From positions 1 to 50,741 of the forward strand of contig JAVECL010000115.1 of the NCBI GenBank assembly GCA_051942245.1: DNA of 50,741 nucleotides. Reading direction: 5' to 3'. Under the pieces are notes generated by a model. It was given only the letters and a program-made list of their open reading frames with translations, was not told the DNA's origin and did not search any database. The position numbers and the translations under genes were made by a program. Of the stretch, positions 50,118-50,741 are shown one piece after another (within the stretch, counting starts at the first letter, position 1; every line of letters starts with the position of its first letter). Source of the DNA: Trypethelium eluteriae. Lineage: Eukaryota.

Positions 50118-50741
50118 TTAAAAGCTATCATCTAGCTCCTGATTCCGCTTGACGACACTTGGACTGTCCTCTTCAGCTGCCATCTCATCCGTGATGTCGC
50201 CTCCCGCTGTTGACAGGAGATCCTCAACAATGCGTTTGCTAGCTTCGCGTGCTGAATGAAGTCGAAAAGGTCAGCGTTGGAAATCCACACATTTTTCTGC
50301 AAGGAAGGCAAAGAAAAAAAAGAACTGGCGGGTCGCCAAACATCGATAACAACAACCAACGCGAACTCAACTTACCAGGCGTCTGCAGCAGCCGCCCCTG
50401 CGGCACCACGAACTGCATCGTCTTCGGCGGACTCATCCCCTCCAACCCATCTCCAAACTCATCATCACTATCGCTATCCCACGCTCGACTCAGCGTCTGT
50501 ATTGTCCTCTCCCCACCTCCACCTCCTTCGCCCCTGGCGCCAAACCCCGTCTGCCGTCTCGCACTCGCAATATCCCGCTTCGCCGCCGGCGTCTGCACGC
50601 TCACCCCCGGCGTCCTTGGCGTCCGCGCCGCTGCCCTGCCTTTCATCGGCGAACTGAAGATCTCCGGTCGCAGCTGCGGTGCTTCTTCGCTGGGACTCGA
50701 GTCCAGCGGGCTGCTGTCCAAGAACCTCGACGCTACCGTGC
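50118..50741 (-). CDS. ASK1: DASH/Dam1 complex subunit Ask1, 3' portion (5' end outside window)
   Basis: WDSDSDDE...GMSPPKTMQF...LLQTP|AREASKRIVEDLLSTAGGD...DDSF*, typical of the Pezizomycotina Ask1 C-terminus. Confidence 0.85.

Noticed and set aside
1..50741. CRISPR arrays, rRNA/tRNA genes and intact transposons; most short ORFs in the track
   Set aside because: None recognised. The DNA is eukaryotic and the short ORFs are mostly antisense shadows or exon fragments of the genes listed.

Overview
Intron-containing genomic DNA from a filamentous ascomycete (short GT-AG introns with CTRAC/CTAAY branch points; Pezizomycotina-type gene set). A central block of mostly conserved genes runs from about 6.6 to 35.7 kb: macrodomain protein, P5A-ATPase SPF1, GlnRS, a Zn2Cys6 factor/NmrA-like reductase pair, a mitochondrial carrier, a GTT3-like protein, eIF2-alpha, the YVC1 TRP channel, a GH5 hydrolase, SPO71 and a GST. 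Accessory-looking regions flank it. Left (0.6-5.7 kb): a spliced HeLo-domain cell-death effector whose C-terminus carries HET-s-like amyloid pseudo-repeats plus a 135-nt tandem duplication, head-to-head with a possible DUF6590/MazF-like gene, followed by a secreted Cys/Thr-rich protein. Right (36.6-49.5 kb): an NLR (degenerate SesB-like alpha/beta-hydrolase + NB-ARC + TPR), a CorA-like membrane protein, an amidase and an AsaB/CmcJ-like oxygenase. The 3' end of ASK1 closes the window. The most interesting candidate is the HeLo-amyloid locus, which has no cognate NLR visible in the window. All calls come from reading motifs by eye; no database searches were run.
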